NCBI GenBank assembly: GCA_951406725.2
Contig: OX597839.1
Location: 38,254,001 to 38,318,000, forward strand
Reading direction: 5' to 3'
Origin: Octopus vulgaris
Taxonomy: Eukaryota
DNA: 64,000 nt
A program made the translations under genes and the position numbers. The notes under the pieces were generated by a model. The model was not told where the DNA came from. It did no database searches and worked only from the letters and a program-made list of their open reading frames with translations. Each line of letters begins with the position of its first letter. The first letter of the stretch is position 1. Of the stretch, positions 58,393-64,000 are shown one piece after another.

Positions 58393-59150
58393 TATTAACA
58401 TAAAGCTGAAGATCAGTGAAAAAGAGAACACCTACGCTGAACTATTGAGAAATATGCAGTTACTCTCTCCAGATTACAAGTTCAGGTTTATACTTGTAGT
58501 TATTGGGACCCTGGGATATATAATAGACTACCTAAATTGCCTAAATACCAGTCTTGAGAAATTAGGCTTCTCAAAACCATAAAGGGGAGGGCTAATTCGA
58601 AGACTACAGATCCAATCCATCACTGGAACTGTAAAGATTTATAAAACTCTCTGTAAAGTTCATCATTTAAGTATATATGAGCATGTTTAGATATGCAGCT
58701 ATATGCATGAGGATAGATACATAAAATAAAACATACAAATCTGTACATATACATACATACAAACAAATTTGAAGTTCCAATGAAGGAACATTGGATCTAG
58801 GTTAGAAACCGGTTCTTTCTCTATTGACAAGAAATCTTGAAACAAACTGAAATATGACACATACATAAATACATACAAATCTTCACATATACATATATAC
58901 ATACATGCATCCATCCATCCATCCATCCATCCATCCATCCATCCATCCATACATACATACATACATACATACATACATACATACATACATACATACATAC
59001 ATACATACATACACACACACATACATATATACATACAAAAATACCCTGTTTTTGATGTTGAAATTCCAATGCAGGAGTCTTGGATCTAGGTTAGAAACCG
59101 GTTTTTATCTCTATTGGCAAGAAATCTTGAAATAAAACTGAACAATGGCA
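58393..59150 (+). mobile_element. R4/Dong-like LINE 3' fragment inserted in (CATA)n, with duplicated 3' UTR
   Basis: ISEKENTYAELLRNMQLLSPDYKFRFILVVIGTLGY...LQIQSITGTVKI; CATA arrays on both sides. Confidence 0.75.
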
Positions 59151-59205
59151 TACATACATACTCATGCATAGAATTCATTGCGATTCGAAACGGAATCACG
59201 CTTAC

Positions 59206-59351
59206 TTGGAGACTGGATGACTGTTTTGTTACACATTCTCTGAACTGGACCGTAAATATGTTCTGGGTATGTAGCGTTCACCACCGATTCTAAAACAGGA
59301 CAACCAGGAACGCCATTTTCTTTCAGGCAGTTTTTGAAGGATTCCAAAGAT
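59206..59351 (-). CDS. Cys-rich gene, domain 1 second half: (S)SLESFKNCLKENGVPGCPVLESVVNATYPEHIYGPVQRMCNKTVIQSP
   Basis: tatattgcag| acceptor, A|gtaagc donor; phase 2-1; N-glycosylation sequons NAT and NKT. Confidence 0.85.
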
Positions 59352-59814
59352 CTGCAATATATAAAAGGAGATTTATGGTTGCATGTATGCATTGTATGTA
59401 TTATGTATGTATGTATGTATGTATTTATGTATGTATGTATGTATGTATGTATGTATGTATGTATGTATGCATGGACGTATGTATTATGTACGTATGTGTG
59501 TCTGTATGTATGAATGTGTGTGTGTGTGTGTACAACATTATTCCGAAAGAAATCAAAGCAAAACATCCCACAACATCAGCATGATCTTAGCCTTATGGTT
59601 AAGAAACTCACTTCGCAGCCACGTGGTTCGAGTTTCAGTCCCGCTGAACGACATCTTCTAGTATAACCCCGGCCCGATCATTCCTTGTGAGTAAATTTGG
59701 TTGACACACACACACACACAAATAAGTATCGGGGATTATTTATTCGACTAAAGGTAGTGCCCCAGCATGGCCGCAGTCAAATGACTGAAACAAATAAAAG
59801 AATTATTTATATAT

Positions 59815-59878
<64 letters not shown>

Positions 59879-59996
59879 CTAAACATAGTAGCAAAAACGC
59901 CCTCTAATAACACTTTTCAGTTTTAATAAATGAAAGGGTACGAGATAATTTATCATATTTTCGCGTGACGTAAAAAAAGATTATGAAAATACTTAC

Positions 59997-60081
59997 GAAC
60001 AGTCAGTTTTGTCAAGGACATTGTCCATATGTTTCTGGCAGGTGGTCAGTCTCTCCAGAGATACATCAACGTTTTTGCATT
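59997..60081 (-). CDS. Cys-rich gene, domain 1 first half: CKNVDVSLERLTTCQKHMDNVLDKTDC(S)
   Basis: ctttttacaccttaattctag| acceptor, TC|gtaagt donor; phase 1-2; 85 nt; not in the ORF track. Confidence 0.82.
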
Positions 60082-60292
60082 CTAGAATTAAGGTGTAAAA
60101 AGATCAGAACACATATATATGTAAGTGAATGAGGGGAAAGGAAGAACCAGTTATGCACTACATATGTTTCAAAAGCGTATGGGATCTTTATTATGTAGCA
60201 TTATAACTGTTATGTAAATTTACCATAAATCTTGTCACCAGGTAAAACAACTTATGAAATCATTGTCCTAAATTTCAAGACTTATGCTTATG

Positions 60293-60620
60293 TCCCATTC
60301 TGAGTTCAAATCTCGCCTAGGCCAACTACATATTTTATCTTTCTTTGGCCAATCGAATATAGACCGAGCCCTGAGCGATGGATCGATAGAAGTGTTAGAT
60401 CATAGGAGGAAATGCTTTGTAGTATTCATTCCGTTTCTTCACGTTCTGAGTTCAAATCCCGCCTAGGTTAACTATGCATTTTATCTTTCTTTGGCCAATC
60501 GAATAAAGATCGATCCCTGAGCGATGGATCGATAGAAGCGTTAGATCATTGGAGGAAATGCTTTGCAGTATTCATTCCGTTTCTTGTGTTCTGAGTTCAA
60601 ATCCTGCCTAAGTCCATCGT
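60293..60620 (+). repeat. Tandem duplication (about 154 bp) of decayed SINE A sequence
   Basis: Repeated ttctgagttcaaatc...ttggccaatcgaata...ccctgagcgatggatcgatagaag. Confidence 0.8.
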
Positions 60621-61603
60621 GCATTCTAGTCTTCTTGGAATCAATAAATACCTCTACAACCATAACTAAAATCACTGCCATCATCTCCGCCACAGCCACC
60701 CGCTGCTGCCATCACGCCTACCGCGACTATGCCAACTATCGCCATGACCACCACTACCACAAAATACACTACTACCACTGCCACAGTATAATTATGTAAA
60801 TTATGGCTATGGCTGACGGCTATTTTGTGTAATAACTATATTTTTACGTCAATGTAATGGTGACGTGGAAAGTAAAGGGTTGGGTTTTTCTTGCAGCAGC
60901 TCTTTATAACGGTAATGATGATGATGATGATGGTGATGAGGAGGAGGAGGAGGAGCGGGAAGGGTGGTGGTAATGATGATGGTGATGGTGATGACGAAAG
61001 GGTGGATGTTGATAGTGATGGCGGTAGTGATAATGATGATGATGATGGTGATGGTGGTAGTGATAATGATGATGATGATGGTGATGAGGAAAAGGTGGTG
61101 GAATGATGATGGTGATGGTGATGACGAAAGGGTGGATGGTAATAGTGATGGTGGTGGGGGGGGTGATGGTGTTGCTTATGTTATTGATGATAGTGATGAA
61201 GGGGATGATGATGACGAGGAGGCAGACGAGGAATTTAGTGATGGTGATGACGATCATGATAATGATGATGACGACTATGATGGTGATAGTGGCGGTGGTG
61301 GTGGTGGTTGTGATGATGGTGTCGGTTGTTGTGGTGATGATGATGATGATGATGATGATGATTCTGGTAACTATTGCCGCTGTTACTTCTGTTGTGGCAG
61401 TGGTGACGGCGGTGGTTCATAACGTGTGATGATATATACTAACACCTGATATATATATATACATAAGTAATCTTTGATGTAATTCTATTGGGGAACCGGC
61501 GTGGGGCACTGTGTTTGATAAGGCTGAAACATTGAATTAAAATGAAAGTTTATAGGGAAACTTGTGCCCAACACAACGACAACAATTGCTTAAAGACGCT
61601 TAC

Positions 61604-61619
61604 GATTTGTAGGACATTG
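61604..61619 (-). CDS. Candidate 16-nt microexon (QCPTN in phase 0-1)
   Basis: cttcctgcttccttttccag| acceptor and C|gtaagc donor; C+AA restores the frame into the 60081 exon. Confidence 0.45.
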
Positions 61620-61650
61620 CTGGAAAAGGAAGCAGGAAGTTATACTCAAC

Positions 61651-62253
61651 CTATTTCTTTACTACCCACAAGGGGCTAAACACAGAGGGGACAAACAACG
61701 ACAGACAAACGGTTTAAGTCGATTACATCGACCCCAGTGCGTAACTGGTACTTAATTTATCGACCCCGAAAAGATGAAAGGCAAAGTCGACCTCGGCGGA
61801 ATTTGAACTCAGGACGTAACGGCAAACGAAATACCTATTTCTTTACTACCCACAAGGGGCTAAACACAGGGGGGACAAACAAGGACAGACAAACGGATTA
61901 AGTCGATTACAACGACCCCAGTGCGTAACTGGTACTTAATTTATCGACCCCGAAAAGATGAAAGGCAAAGTCGACCTCGGCGGAATTTGAACTCAGGACG
62001 TAACGGCAAACGAAATACCTATTTCTTTACTACCCACAAGGGGCTAAACACAGAGGGGACAAACAAGGACAGACAAACGGATTAAGTCGATTACAACGAC
62101 CCCAGTGCGTAACTGGTACTTAATTTATCGATCCCGAAAAGATGAAAGGCAAAGTCGACCTCGGCGGAATTTGAACTCAGAGAGCGCTGCGGCGGACGAA
62201 ATACCGCAAAGCATTTCGCCCGGCGTGTTAACGTTTCTGCCAGCTCGCCGCCT
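61651..62253 (-). mobile_element. SINE family A trimer (one head, three bodies of about 184 bp) with 14-bp TSD
   Basis: TSD aggaagttatactc at 61634-61647 and 62258-62271. Confidence 0.93.
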
Positions 62254-62655
62254 TTGTAGGAAGTTATACTCGATCAAAGGGGCGAAAGCTCTCTCGATCT
62301 CCATTTTCTTTACGTATACGGCGCCGAAGCGAACCCCCAGAATGGAAAGTCCGCCGGCGAAACCAATTCACGGGGACAGGGTAGTGGAAGACCTGCTCGA
62401 AGATTCATACAGACATGAATAAGCAACATTTATCATTGCCAATAGAAAATCGTGAATTGTGGAGAGACTTTGTCGGAAATGATTTTACTTGCATTTCATT
62501 GGACGGGTCGCCATGCAGTTTCCGTCTACCGAGGTTGCCTTGCAATGTTTGGGTCGACCCGATTATATAATAGATGACATTTGCTCAAGATACAATGCCA
62601 CGAAATCGAACCCTGGGTCTGGCGATTGCGAGAAGAGCTTGTTAATGTTTCTTAC

Positions 62656-62712
62656 ATTCTCTGACAAGAACCAGGATGTGTTCACACCATATAAAAAGGA
62701 AAATGAATAACA
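62656..62712 (-). CDS. Candidate upstream exon of the Cys-rich gene (57 nt; frame unresolved: LFIFLFIWCEHILVLVRE or CYSFSFLYGVNTSWFLSEN)
   Basis: tttttttctttgaatattccaccag| acceptor, AAT|gtaaga donor. Confidence 0.4.
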
Positions 62713-63239
62713 CTGGTGGAATATTCAAAGAAAAAAAAACAGCAGTACTGTATAAGTACTATAGGCCAGATACCGTTCAATGGAACAGGGAGCAAATGGT
62801 GTGCACTTTTGTAAAGAACAGCTGCCGGGCGGATGTGAATATTTGGTAAAAATAAAATTGGGGGAAACGGAAGAAAGGAATTAGGAAGAATTAATGAGAA
62901 GCAGTGTGTATATATCCAGGCTATAGGTTTTCATTTGTTCCAATTATTAGAGGGGCTTTTAGATATGGAACAAAAGATCTCGATAAAAACCAAGAAATGC
63001 TGAGATTCTTCACAAAAGAACAAAGCAAACTAATTCGTCTTCTCCGAATACAGTTGATTAGCAGCACATGGACATTTTGGGAAAACAATCCAGGAAGTCT
63101 TCATGTGTGGCTCCTGGGATGAAAGTAGGACCGCGTTCGCGTATATATATACGGAATGCACACGCATCCATAAACATAAACAGCTATGAAACAGGCACAC
63201 ACGCACATACACACATGTGCACGCATGTATATATACATA

Positions 63240-63284
<45 letters not shown>

Positions 63285-63397
63285 GTGTTTAAATATATAT
63301 ACAAAGAGAGAGACAGACAGGCAGACAGACAGACAGTCAGGAAGGGAGATAGACATATAGATAGGTAGAGCTAAATAAACACTTATAAACACACGCA

Positions 63398-63437
<40 letters not shown>

Positions 63438-63628
63438 CATACATGCTTACACATACATATATGTAACCATGTATGTATGTAAGTATATATATATGTGTGC
63501 CTGTATTTATATACATATATATATATATATATTCATATTTATATACATATATAAATATATTTATATATATATAAATATATATATATATATTTTTATACAT
63601 ATATATTCATATTTATATACATATATAA

Positions 63629-63708
<80 letters not shown>

Positions 63709-63828
63709 TAAATATATTTATATATATATATATATATGGTGTCCTGTACTCATATATGCGTATATATGTACATGTAGAGGTAGGTACGTACATATATGTT
63801 TATATATATGCATATGTTTTATTTATTA

Positions 63829-63866
<38 letters not shown>

Positions 63867-64000
63867 TCTGTGACAATGCATCAGATTCTACAAAGTCAAA
63901 AGAAAACGTAACTGAATCCCAAAGGAAAACCTCGATACAGCATATCTCCTGAATGTGCACCATTTCTTATTTTTTAATTTTAAATTCTTTCACATTTTAC

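Noticed and set aside
61651-62253. Regularly spaced repeats suggestive of a CRISPR array
   Set aside because: Whole 184-bp units are repeated with no unique spacers; it is a eukaryotic SINE multimer.

Overview
AT-rich, microsatellite-dense eukaryotic genomic DNA. The SINE families and gene content point to a coleoid cephalopod, most likely Octopus (inferred). Almost all long ORFs in the supplied track are microsatellite artefacts. Two real genes converge. (1) On the + strand, the 3' exons of a nitric oxide synthase reductase domain lie at about 0.4-11 kb, with a candidate cassette exon and two possible C-termini. (2) On the - strand, a gene I cannot assign to a named family spans about 62.7-32.7 kb. 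Its manually spliced exons encode two tandem six-cysteine domains, each split over a phase 1-2 / 2-1 exon pair, followed by a GPI-signal-like tail. Two similar short stop-containing exons may give secreted one- and two-domain isoforms. The intervening DNA holds three tRNA-derived SINE families (some as head-to-tail multimers), one full-length dead mariner and two deleted mariners, Penelope-like fragments with hammerhead-ribozyme-like motifs and long hairpins, R4/Dong-like LINE ends sitting in microsatellites, and a 137-bp 28S rDNA fragment that begins at the R2 target site. Gene models were built by eye and have no transcript support.
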